From contig JAZDMQ010000090.1 in assembly GCA_043800755.1 (NCBI GenBank), positions 1-15,539 of the forward strand: DNA of 15,539 nucleotides, given 5' to 3'. Below the pieces are notes generated by a model. That model was not told where the DNA came from, ran no database searches, and saw nothing but the letters and a program-made list of their open reading frames with translations. The position numbers and the translations under genes are program-made. Shown in pieces: positions 1 through 7,763 of this stretch. Numbering within the stretch: the first letter of the stretch is position 1; each line of letters opens with the position of its first letter. Source of the stretch: a bacterium. GTDB lineage: Bacteria; Methylomirabilota; Methylomirabilia; CAVQYV01.

Positions 1-1043
1 CTTTTCGGCGCGGCGTAGTCCTGGCTCTGCCTCTTAGGATGGAGCTTTTGGGGTTGGAGAAGATTTCCCGCCGGACAGAGGTAGTGGTCACTCTGAGGAT
101 CATACGAAAACCTCTCTTCGGAAAAGAGGCCCCGCCGGGCCTGGCGCTTCACCGCTGCTTCTCGTAAGGCGGGCAAGTGGGCCCTCACTCCCCAGTCGGA
201 GCAGGCCAGGAAGTTCTCGATGGTGCCATACTTGCTGTCGGCTACCACCGTTTCGGCCGGGATCTCCGTGGTCTCTCGATGCTGTTCCAGTAAGGAGACC
301 AGGAGGTGGGCCTCGTTGACCTCGCCGGGGGTGGCCTGGGTAGCGGTGATGACTTCGTGTGCCTCATCTACCGCGCGGTGGACCTGGTAGCAGAGCTCGG
401 GCTGGCCGCGGTTGACGAGGGAGGCATCTGGGTCGGTGGCGGAGATATAACGGCCATTCTTCTTCTCGTAAGTTCGGGAAGTATCCGTGCTCTCGCTCTT
501 CTCTTCCAGGCGGGCCTCCAGCTCTTGATAGCGCTGGTGCAGCTGGCTCTTCAGGCTCCTCCTATCCAGGACGGAGCTATTGGAGGCATCGGCCTCCACC
601 AGGCTCGCATCCAGGAAGATCTTCTTGCCGTCCACCAGGCCGGCCTGGACGCATTGGAGGACGATCCTCTCGAAGAAGCTGCGGAAGACCTCTTGGCCCC
701 ACCGCTTGCGGGCCTTGGACAAGACGCTGTGGTTGGGGATCTCTGAGTCCAGGTCATAGCCCAAAAACCAGAGCCAGTCCAATCGTTCCGGGAGGGTCTC
801 CATCAACTCTCGCTCCGAGCGGACATTATAGAGCACCAATAGCAGCATGAGCTTGAGGATGACGGGAGGGGGGAGGGAGACATTGCCATTGAACCCATAC
901 TTCTCCGCCACCTCCTGATAGACGAAGTCGAAGTCGATGAGCTGGGCGATTCTACGTAAGGGGTGATTCGGGCGAACGCGCTGGTCCAGGTTAAAGTGGG
1001 TGTAGTAGAGCTTGCCCTGGGGTGGGTCTTGGATTCCCATCAT
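1..1043 (-). CDS. IS1182-family DDE transposase (3' end outside the window; absent from the ORF track)
   Basis: Manual translation from ATG at 1043 is open to the window edge: MMGIQDPPQGKLYYTHFNLDQRVRPNHPLRRI...VRSERELMETLPERLDWLWFLGYDLDSEIPNHSVLSKARKRWG...IFLDASLVEADAS...SATDPDAS...CYQVHRAVD...VVADSKYG...FSYDPQSDHYLCPAG. These are typical IS1182 motifs. SD GGAGG lies upstream. Confidence 0.92.
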   Translation of the reverse strand, partial: MMGIQDPPQGKLYYTHFNLDQRVRPNHPLRRIAQLIDFDFVYQEVAEKYGFNGNVSLPPPVILKLMLLLVLYNVRSERELMETLPERLDWLWFLGYDLDSEIPNHSVLSKARKRWGQEVFRSFFERIVLQCVQAGLVDGKKIFLDASLVEADASNSSVLDRRSLKSQLHQRYQELEARLEEKSESTDTSRTYEKKNGRYISATDPDASLVNRGQPELCYQVHRAVDEAHEVITATQATPGEVNEAHLLVSLLEQHRETTEIPAETVVADSKYGTIENFLACSDWGVRAHLPALREAAVKRQARRGLFSEERFSYDPQSDHYLCPAGNLLQPQKLHPKRQSQDYAAPK

Positions 1044-1065
1044 GGCGATCGCCTCCTTGGAGGCG

Positions 1066-1095
1066 ATTATATACCCTAACTTGCTGTGAATTCAA
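1066..1095 (-). promoter_or_regulatory. Sigma70-type transposase promoter
   Basis: Minus strand TTGAAT (1095-1090), 18 nt, TATAAT (1071-1066), just upstream of the SD and ATG. Confidence 0.65.
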
Positions 1096-1155
1096 GGGAT
1101 TTGGGCAACAGGCCCTCAAGATTTGACCCCTATTCTATCCTATTCCTAACGCTCG

Positions 1156-1177
1156 CCGGTGAGCCGTAGCGATGGGC
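1156..1177 (+). repeat. 3' half of a degenerate attC site (L' and R' only)
   Basis: CCGGTGAGCC-gtagc-GATGGGC. GATGGGCA (1171-1178) differs by one base from GTTGGGCA, the reverse complement of TGCCCAAC that closes this cassette (1862-1869). No matching left arm is seen. Confidence 0.55.
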
Positions 1178-1189
1178 AGGAGAAGAAGG

Positions 1190-1896
1190 ATGGAGGAATC
1201 CAACAGAGCGGCGGCACGAGAAATCGCAAACCGGTATCTGTCCAAAGGTGACGCTTTGGGTGATTCGAAGAACTCTATGCCCAAGCCAACAGTGATGCCT
1301 CGGTCATACCATGGGCAGATTTGATGCCGAACTCCCATCTGGTGACTTGGCTTGACAACCACGGGATCATGGGGGGTGGGAAGAAAGCCCTCAAGATAGG
1401 CTGCGGATTGGGTGATGATGCCGAGGAACTGGCAAGTCGGGGATTTGACACAACGGCCTTCGACATATCTCCGACAGCCATTGCCTGGTGCCAACGCAGA
1501 TTCCCTGGGACTTCGGTTCACTATGTGATCGCGGATCTGTTCAAGGCGCCCCAGAACTGGCGAGGCGCTTTCGATTTCGTCCTCGAATCGTATACACTCC
1601 AGGTTCTGCCAATGGGACTCCGGCAGAAGGCAGTGGCCGAGATTGCGGGTTTCATAAAGCCGGGAGGCACTCTGCTTGTTATCGCCAGAGGAAGAGGGCA
1701 CACTGATGTCGAAGGCAAGATGTCTTGGCCTCTCACGAGTGAAGACCTGAATGGGTTCAAGTCCTGCAACCTGACAGAGAGGGCTTTCGAAGACTACATG
1801 GATAACGAGGAACCACCTGTTCGCCGTTTCAGAGTCGTGTACACAAGAAAAGAGGTATCAGTGCCCAACAAGACGGATGCAGGCGACTCGCTCTAG
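1190..1896 (+). pseudogene. Class I SAM-dependent methyltransferase (thiopurine/tellurite-MTase-like) cassette gene, frameshifted near 1259-1263
   Basis: ATG at 1190 after AGGAG gives MEESNRAAAREIANRYLSKGDALG. The protein continues in another frame after TGA (1261-1263) as FEELYAQANSDASVIPWADLMPN...ALKIGCGLGDDAEEL...FDISPTAI...FDFVLESYTLQ...IKPGGTLLVI. A shorter 191-aa ORF remains at 1321-1896. Confidence 0.75.
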
Positions 1897-1923
1897 CTCG
1901 CGCCTGATCCGCCTCCGTTAGGC
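1863..1923 (+). repeat. attC integron recombination site (61 bp)
   Basis: R'' GCCCAAC (1863-1869), 5 nt, L'' GGATGCAG ... L' CTGATCC, 6 nt, R' GTTAGGC (1917-1923). The L arms pair as CGGAT(G)CAGGCG/CGCCTGATCCG with one extrahelical base. Confidence 0.88.
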
Positions 1924-1958
1924 GGCCGGTTCCTCCACAGAAGAGGGATTTCCACGCC

Positions 1959-2396
1959 GTGCATTCCGATCCGTCCACCGAGCGTTTCGAATTGGCCATT
2001 CCAGTCGAGGCACCGGACATTGATGAACTCGGCCACGTCAACAACGTTGTCTACCTGCGCTGGATCCAGGAGGCCGCCGTGGCCCACTGGCGGGCCGCGG
2101 CCACCGCCGCCCAACAGGCCGATGTTGCATGGGCGGTCGTCCGCCACGAAATCGACTACAAGCATGGCGCACGCCTGGGCGACGGGGTCATCGCTCGCAC
2201 CTGGGTGGGCACCGCCACCGCGCACACCTTCGAGCGGCACACCGAGATCCTGCGGGCCCGCGACCGGAGGTTGCTGGCGCGTGCCCGCACCTTGTGGTGC
2301 CCGATCGACATTCGATCCGGTAGGCCAACGCGAGTTGGATCCGACATCCGTGATCGCTTCTCGGTGCCAGCCGCCGACGGACACCCGGCCGCCTAA
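1959..2396 (+). CDS. Acyl-CoA thioesterase, hot-dog fold (YbgC/4HBT family), cassette gene
   Basis: DIDELGHVNNVVYLRW motif and VVRHEIDYK. GTG start after GAGGG. The stop TAA lies inside the R'' box GCCTAAC. Confidence 0.9.
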   Translation: MHSDPSTERFELAIPVEAPDIDELGHVNNVVYLRWIQEAAVAHWRAAATAAQQADVAWAVVRHEIDYKHGARLGDGVIARTWVGTATAHTFERHTEILRARDRRLLARARTLWCPIDIRSGRPTRVGSDIRDRFSVPAADGHPAA

Positions 2397-2544
2397 CCAG
2401 CGGCTCAAGCTGACGGAATAAGCAGGCTACAAACTTCGACTCTGGTGCATAGATGTTTGAATCATTTATGAGGTGAGTTGCCCAGGTGCGGACAGCACAA
2501 GCCGAACGGTTACGTCCCCGCAACTCAGCCGCAGGCCGTTAAGT
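2391..2544 (+). repeat. attC integron recombination site (154 bp, long variable region)
   Basis: R'' GCCTAAC (2391-2397) and R' GTTAAGT (2538-2544). Left arm GCGGCT(C)AAGCTG(A)CGG pairs with right arm CCGCAACTCAGCCGC, with two extrahelical bases. Confidence 0.85.
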
Positions 2545-2677
2545 GTCCCTGTGCAAGGGGCGCTCGATGTATGATTTTGGGAAGGAGGGGCGAAAAGGGG
2601 AAGGCGAGTTAACTGCCCAAATGATGGATGCCAAGGGCGGGAATGGAACCGGTACGGGCTGGAGGGTCCGGGGGCTC

Positions 2678-4528
2678 TTAGTCCTTTTTCCCCTTCGATT
2701 CTTTGGGATGGACCTGGGGAAGAAAGGATCTTAAGGATTTCAGGATGACGGCTGCCAGCGAAGCCGAGATTCCCGGCACCGTCCGTAATTCCTCCAGGGA
2801 GGCACCCTTGAGGGTTTTCAAGTTACCAAAGTACTCCAGTAAGGCCCTTTTCCTCTTACTGCCAATCCCCGGTATCTCGTCCAACAAGGAATGAAGGCCC
2901 CTCTTCCCTCGCAGCAGGTGGTGATAGGAGAGGGCGAAGCGGTGGGCCTCATCCCTGATCCTTTGCAGCAAGTGCAAGGCGGGAGAATCGGGAGGGAGGC
3001 GGAGCGGCTCCCTCTTTCCCGGCAGCCAAACGTCCTCCTCGGCCTTGGCCAGGGCGATGATGGGAAGCTCGGAAAGGCCCTCCTCCCTCAGGGCTTTCAG
3101 GCCTGCTTGGATCTGTCCCCGTCCCCCATCCAGCAGGAAGAGATCCGGCAGGGGGAGCTCCTGGCGATGGGCCAGGCGACGGCGAAGCACCTCCTCCATC
3201 ATCGCTAAATCGTTCGGTCCCACCACGCTCTTGATCCGGAAACGCCTGTAGTGATCCTTTCTCCAGATCCCTTCCTCCCAGACGACCATTGAGCCCACGG
3301 CCTGGCTACCGGAGATGTTGGAGATGTCGTAGGCCTCGATGGTGCGAAACCCCTTGGGGAAGGTCAATACCTCCTGGAGTTCTCTGGCCCCCTCCTCCTG
3401 CAGGGTGGCAACGGGAGAGAGGCCCTCCAGGGCCTGTTGGGCATTGGCCAGGGCCAACTGCAACAGCCGCTGCTTCTTCCCCCGGGATGGGACCGTTACC
3501 GTGACGACCTGTCCCTTCTTTTTTTTCAGCCAATCCCCTAAGAGGGCCTCTTCCGGGATGGCAAAGGGGAGTAGTATGCCCTGGGGGAGGCTCAGGCGAC
3601 TGGAGTAGAACTGCTGGAGGAAAGAGCTAAGGAGGGCCTCTCTCTCTCCTTCCCCGACGCCCCGAAAGAGGAAGGATTCCCTGCCCAGGAGCCTACCCTC
3701 ACGGAAGGTAAAGGCCTGGACACAGGCCGCCCCTCCCTGGAAGGCCAGCCCGAACACATCCAGATTCTCTCTTCCCGAGGAGATCACCCTCTGTTCCTGC
3801 AGGGCCTTCTCTAATGAGCAGATTTGGTCGCGAAGCCTGGCGGCTCGCTCATAATCGAGGTGCGAGGAGGCCTCTTTCATCAGGGCCTTCAGCTGGCGGA
3901 GGAGATCCTTTCTCTTCCCCTCCAGCAGCGCCCGGACCTGGGCCAGGATTTCGCCGTATTCCGCTTCCGAGACCCGCCCACCGCAGGGCGCGAGGCATCG
4001 GCCCATGTGGAATTCCAGGCAGGGCCGGGGAGAGGACCTCAGGGTCTTGCACTTGCGTAGCGGGAAGGCCTTGTTGATAAGGGCCAGGGTATCCCACATG
4101 GTTGAGGCCGGGACATAGGGGCCGAAATAGAGGGCGCCGTCCCCTCTGATGCGGCGGGCCACGGTGGGGCGGGGAAAGGGCTCTTGGAGGTCGATGCGAA
4201 GAAAGGGGTAATGCTTGTCGTCCCGGAGGACGATGTTATATTTCGGCCTCTGCTCCTTGACGAGATTGCTCTCTAAGATGAAGGCCTCGAGCTCGGTTTC
4301 CGTGACGATGAACTCGATGCGCCTGACGCGCGAGACCATGGAGACCAAGCGAGGAGGGAGGGAGGCAGGGTCATGGAAGTAGGAGGGCACCCGCTTGCGC
4401 AGGGATAGGGCCTTGCCGATATAGAGGGGCCTACCCTGGCTATCCCGCATCAGATAGACGCCCGGCCCATCCGGCAGGATGGCCAGCGTCTCTTTGATCG
4501 ACTGAGGTGAATCCATCGGGGCCATCAT
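2678..4528 (-). CDS. uvrC: Excinuclease ABC subunit C
   Basis: GIY-YIG (GVYLM...LYIGKA), Cys cluster (C..PCLEFHMGRCLAPC), UVR coiled coil (LDYERAARLRD), RNase H-like domain (IEAYDISN, DGGRGQ, RIRDEAHRFA) and HhH (IPGIG). Confidence 0.97.
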   Translation of the reverse strand: MMAPMDSPQSIKETLAILPDGPGVYLMRDSQGRPLYIGKALSLRKRVPSYFHDPASLPPRLVSMVSRVRRIEFIVTETELEAFILESNLVKEQRPKYNIVLRDDKHYPFLRIDLQEPFPRPTVARRIRGDGALYFGPYVPASTMWDTLALINKAFPLRKCKTLRSSPRPCLEFHMGRCLAPCGGRVSEAEYGEILAQVRALLEGKRKDLLRQLKALMKEASSHLDYERAARLRDQICSLEKALQEQRVISSGRENLDVFGLAFQGGAACVQAFTFREGRLLGRESFLFRGVGEGEREALLSSFLQQFYSSRLSLPQGILLPFAIPEEALLGDWLKKKKGQVVTVTVPSRGKKQRLLQLALANAQQALEGLSPVATLQEEGARELQEVLTFPKGFRTIEAYDISNISGSQAVGSMVVWEEGIWRKDHYRRFRIKSVVGPNDLAMMEEVLRRRLAHRQELPLPDLFLLDGGRGQIQAGLKALREEGLSELPIIALAKAEEDVWLPGKREPLRLPPDSPALHLLQRIRDEAHRFALSYHHLLRGKRGLHSLLDEIPGIGSKRKRALLEYFGNLKTLKGASLEELRTVPGISASLAAVILKSLRSFLPQVHPKESKGKKD

Positions 4529-4534
4529 AGAATC

Positions 4535-4563
4535 ATATTAGCCCTGGCCCTTCGCTGCGTCAA
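4535..4563 (-). promoter_or_regulatory. Sigma70-type promoter for uvrC
   Basis: Minus strand TTGACG (4563-4558), 17 nt, TAATAT (4540-4535), 6 nt, ATG. Confidence 0.6.
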
Positions 4564-4635
4564 TAGGGAAGGCCAAGTCTCGAAGGAGGGGTGACCCGTG
4601 AAGTGGAAAGGGGAGAGGAAGGCGGGAAATAGGGA

Positions 4636-4664
4636 TTGACAGGGGTGGCCGGTTTTCCTATCTT
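4636..4664 (+). promoter_or_regulatory. Sigma70-type promoter for the dehydrogenase gene
   Basis: TTGACA (4636-4641), 17 nt, TATCTT (4659-4664). Confidence 0.6.
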
Positions 4665-4782
4665 AGGAGCTGTATGGGGCGCGCGAAGAGGTTGATCCGC
4701 AATTCCAAAACATCCAATCCACAGAGTTGAAGCCTGGCCGGCTTGCAGGGGGAGACTTCAAGGGGGCCGAAGGGGTAAGCCG

Positions 4783-5766
4783 ATGGGACCGAATAGAGCA
4801 GATGGGATTAGAAGGGTGGCGGTCATTGGAGCGGGCCTCATGGGGCACGGGATCGCCCAGGGCTTCGCGGTGGCCGGCCTCGAGGTGAGCTTGACCGATC
4901 GTGCGCCGAAGGTCTTGCAGGAGGCGCCCGCGCGCATTCAAGGGAACCTTTGCCTCATGGAGGAGATGGGCCGCCTGGGTCCCGACGAGATCGGCCAGAT
5001 CATGAGCCGGATAAGTCTCGAGCCCAATCTGGCCTCGGCGGTGAAGGAGGCGGACTTCGTCTGTGAGACCGTCTCCGAAGATCTGAGGCTGAAGCAGGCG
5101 CTGTTTGCGGAGATGGATGCCCTTTGCCCGCCGGCCACCATCCTGGCTACCAACACCTCTTCCCTTTCCCTCTCTCAGGTGGGGGCCCTGGTCCGCCGGC
5201 AGGACAAGATCATCACCACCCACTATCTCAATCCTCCCCACTTCGTCCCCCTGGTGGAGGTCATGAAGGGCGGGAAGACCTCCGAGGATACCCTCCGGGC
5301 GACCCTGGCCCTGATGAGAAGATGCGGATGGGTTCCGGTGGTGCTGAAGAAGGAGGTGCCGGGTTACATCGCCAATCGGCTCCTGATGGCACTCTATCGG
5401 GAGGCGATCACCTTGGTTCAGGATGGGGTGGCCGAGGCCGAGGATGTGGATCTGACGGTGAAGGCAGGCATCGGCATCCGGATGCCGGTCATCGGCCTGC
5501 TGGAGGTGGCAGATCTCGCCGGGCTCAATCTGATGGAGGCGGTATTGAGGAATTTGAGCCCAGAGATCAGCTCGGAGACCACACCGCCTGCCCTGCTCTC
5601 GGAGATGGTGAGGAGGGATGAACTGGGAATCAAGACTGGAAAGGGTTTCTACGACTGGAGGCAGCGCTCGCAGGCAGAGCTCATCCGGCTCCGGGATCGC
5701 CACCTCATTCAAATGCGCCTTGCCCTCTGGGAGAAAGGGGGACCCTTCTCCGATCAGCTCGGATAG
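4783..5766 (+). CDS. 3-hydroxyacyl-CoA dehydrogenase family protein
   Basis: Rossmann motif VIGAGLMGHGIA, ATNTSSL, catalytic H in HYLNPP...LVEV, PGYIANRL, LGIKTGKGFYDW. Confidence 0.92.
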   Translation: MGPNRADGIRRVAVIGAGLMGHGIAQGFAVAGLEVSLTDRAPKVLQEAPARIQGNLCLMEEMGRLGPDEIGQIMSRISLEPNLASAVKEADFVCETVSEDLRLKQALFAEMDALCPPATILATNTSSLSLSQVGALVRRQDKIITTHYLNPPHFVPLVEVMKGGKTSEDTLRATLALMRRCGWVPVVLKKEVPGYIANRLLMALYREAITLVQDGVAEAEDVDLTVKAGIGIRMPVIGLLEVADLAGLNLMEAVLRNLSPEISSETTPPALLSEMVRRDELGIKTGKGFYDWRQRSQAELIRLRDRHLIQMRLALWEKGGPFSDQLG

Positions 5767-5778
5767 GTTGAGATTCTC

Positions 5779-6960
5779 TCACACGATCGGTCCGGTGGTG
5801 TAGATGTTGGTGGACCCATTGTAGCCCAGGGTTTCTGCCTTGGTCCACTTTCCCGAGGCTACCTCCAGAACCTCCTGCAGGATGCGCTCCCCTGCCTCTT
5901 CCAGCGATTCCTCTCCCGAGATGACCCCGGAGACATCCAGGTCGATGAAATCGGGGAGCCTTTGCACGGTCTTCCAGTTGGCGCAGATCTTGATGACCGG
6001 GACGAAGGGGAATCCCTGTGGGGCCCCCAGCCCGGTGGCAAAGGCGATGACCTGGGCACCGGCGGCGGCAAGGGCCGTTAGGATCTCTGGCTCTCGCCCT
6101 GGGGAATCCACGAAGAAGAGCCCCCGGCCTTGCTTGCGCTCTCCGTACTCATAAACATCCTGGATGGCCGAGGAGCCGCTCTTCACAATGGATCCGAGGG
6201 ACTTCTCCTCCAGGGTGGTAATGCCTCCTGCGATGTTTCCCGCGCTGGGATTTCCTCCCCGGATGTCGGAGCCACTGGCCCTCACCCTGGCCTCCAGACG
6301 GTCTATTAGGCCCAGGAGCTTTTTCGCCACGGCCTCATTCTTTGCCCTTTTGGCCAGGATGTGCTCTGCACCCACCACCTCGGTGGTCTCCCCGAAGATG
6401 ACGCTGCCCGCCAGATCGATCAGGCGGTCCACTGCCTTGCCCAGGGGAGGGTTGGCGGCCAGACCTGAGGTAGGATCAGAGGCCCCGCACTTCAAGCCGA
6501 GCACCAATTCCTCCACTCCCACCTCCTCTCGCCTGAAGGCGGAGATCGCCTGAGCCAGCTTCTGGGACTTGAGGCCAGCCTCGGCAAGGGCCCCCAGATA
6601 GCCGCCTTGCTGCTGAATGCGTACCATCTCCACCGGCTTTTTCGCCTGTCCGATCGCCTCTCCAATCCGGTCCGGGGACAATCCCTCGCACCCCAGGGAG
6701 ACAAGCAGGACTGCCCCTAAGTTCGGGTTTTGTCCGAGGTGGATCAAGGTCCGAGTCACGGCCTCCAGGTCGGCCTGGGTCTGCCCACAGCCATTCTGGT
6801 GGGTGAAGATCGCTGCCCCGGGCACCTGACGGCCGATGTTGACCGCCGCCTCGTTGGCACAGGTCACCAGGGAGAAGATGCCCAGGAGGTTGCGGGTTCC
6901 CACCTCCCCGCTGGCCCGCCGGTAGCCCACAAAGGTGGGTTGACCCTTCCTTTTTCTCAT
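5779..6960 (-). CDS. UxaA/GarD-family dehydratase, large subunit (altronate/galactarate dehydratase-like)
   Basis: GYRR..GEVGTRN, HQNGCGQ, LGCE, LKCGASD..SG..ANP, GETTE, GNPSAGNIAGGITTLEEKSLG. ATGA overlap with the upstream SAF gene. Confidence 0.9.
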   Translation of the reverse strand: MRKRKGQPTFVGYRRASGEVGTRNLLGIFSLVTCANEAAVNIGRQVPGAAIFTHQNGCGQTQADLEAVTRTLIHLGQNPNLGAVLLVSLGCEGLSPDRIGEAIGQAKKPVEMVRIQQQGGYLGALAEAGLKSQKLAQAISAFRREEVGVEELVLGLKCGASDPTSGLAANPPLGKAVDRLIDLAGSVIFGETTEVVGAEHILAKRAKNEAVAKKLLGLIDRLEARVRASGSDIRGGNPSAGNIAGGITTLEEKSLGSIVKSGSSAIQDVYEYGERKQGRGLFFVDSPGREPEILTALAAAGAQVIAFATGLGAPQGFPFVPVIKICANWKTVQRLPDFIDLDVSGVISGEESLEEAGERILQEVLEVASGKWTKAETLGYNGSTNIYTTGPIV

Positions 6961-7268
6961 CGGCCTTGCCCTCGCGTCCGCCGGCTCACCACATTATGGA
7001 CATGCACATACTCCCCCGCCTCGATATCCAGGCTCGCCTCGCCAATTAATTCCCCATATTTTTTCACCTCTCCCCCCTGAGGGATGGGGAGTATGGCGAA
7101 CTTGTGGGCAAAGGGGATCGACTCCCTCAGGGTGAGATCCCGGCCCTCCGCTCCCAGATCGAGATGGAGGACCTCCCCCTTCTGCAGGTCCGCGAGGGCC
7201 GTCGCGGTATTGTCGGAGGGATGGAGCAGGATGAATCTCTTCAAGGCTACCATAGGTGTTGCAGCCAT
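6957..7268 (-). CDS. UxaA-family small subunit (SAF domain)
   Basis: LHPSDNTATAL, IPFAHKFA, KKYGELIG.A..DI.AGEYVHVHNV. Alternative start at 7253. Confidence 0.9.
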   Translation of the reverse strand: MAATPMVALKRFILLHPSDNTATALADLQKGEVLHLDLGAEGRDLTLRESIPFAHKFAILPIPQGGEVKKYGELIGEASLDIEAGEYVHVHNVVSRRTRGQGR

Positions 7269-7693
7269 CCTGACCTTGCCCCTGCTCGGTCGTCTATCCG
7301 GGGAATATAGGGTTTGATATCCAGAAGGGGCGTCTGGTCCAGGACATCGATTCCGAAGACCCGGAGCAGGTTACCCTCCCGTTGGACCAGTTCCACGGTG
7401 GAGATCCCCAGGTGATTTGGTCTCTTGGGGGATCGGGTGGCGAAGACGCCGTGGATGCTATCCTCGAGATAGGATTTCACCAACATTCGGGTCTGCGGCT
7501 CTTGGTGGAAGTGATAGAGGAGGATCAGGTGAGAGAAGCCTTCGATATCCTGGAGTCCCTGCTCGTAGTCGGGAAAGACCTCCAGGACCCCGGCCTCCTG
7601 AGAGCGAATAGGCTGGAGAGGCATCCCCTCCTTCTCCCGGAAGGGGGAGTGAATGATGCCGATGGGGAAGAGTTCGATCAGGCGGTGCTTCAC
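7247..7693 (-). CDS. trmO: TsaA/TrmO-family SAM-binding methyltransferase (single domain)
   Basis: PIGIIHSPF, GLQDIEGFSHLILLYHFH, GVFATRSPKRPN.LG.S, TPLLDIKPY. Confidence 0.85.
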   Translation of the reverse strand: MKHRLIELFPIGIIHSPFREKEGMPLQPIRSQEAGVLEVFPDYEQGLQDIEGFSHLILLYHFHQEPQTRMLVKSYLEDSIHGVFATRSPKRPNHLGISTVELVQREGNLLRVFGIDVLDQTPLLDIKPYIPRIDDRAGARSGWLQHLW

Positions 7694-7763
7694 CGGCCCC
7701 CCCTGGCACTCCTAGCCTTGAAAATTCGTCGCGCGCAGTCCTCGAAGCCTTCGGGATGGAGCT

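Larger units (their letters stand above)
1..1114 (-). mobile_element. IS1182-family insertion sequence, left end (partial)
   Basis: Transposase plus own promoter. Candidate IRL on the minus strand is GGCCTGTTGCCCAAAT (~1099-1114). The other end is outside the window, so the boundary is approximate. Confidence 0.75.

Noticed and set aside
306-746. 146-aa plus-strand ORF
   Set aside because: Antisense shadow of the IS1182 transposase.
1144-1150. TCCTAAC as the R'' box of a complete mini-attC
   Set aside because: No L'' arm follows and the distance to R' is far too short. It fits the CTATY run or a deletion scar better.
2543-2734. 63-aa ORF as a third cassette gene
   Set aside because: GTG start inside the R' box, low complexity, overlaps uvrC antisense, and has no closing attC.
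4663-5712. 349-aa minus-strand ORF
   Set aside because: Antisense shadow of the 3-hydroxyacyl-CoA dehydrogenase with no recognisable motifs; common in GC-rich DNA.
5779-7268. Calling the split UxaA pair SuyAB (sulfolactate sulfo-lyase)
   Set aside because: It keeps the Cys-containing motifs of UxaA/GarD (VTCAN, HQNGCGQ, LGCE), which SuyB as I recall replaces, and no sulfonate genes are nearby.
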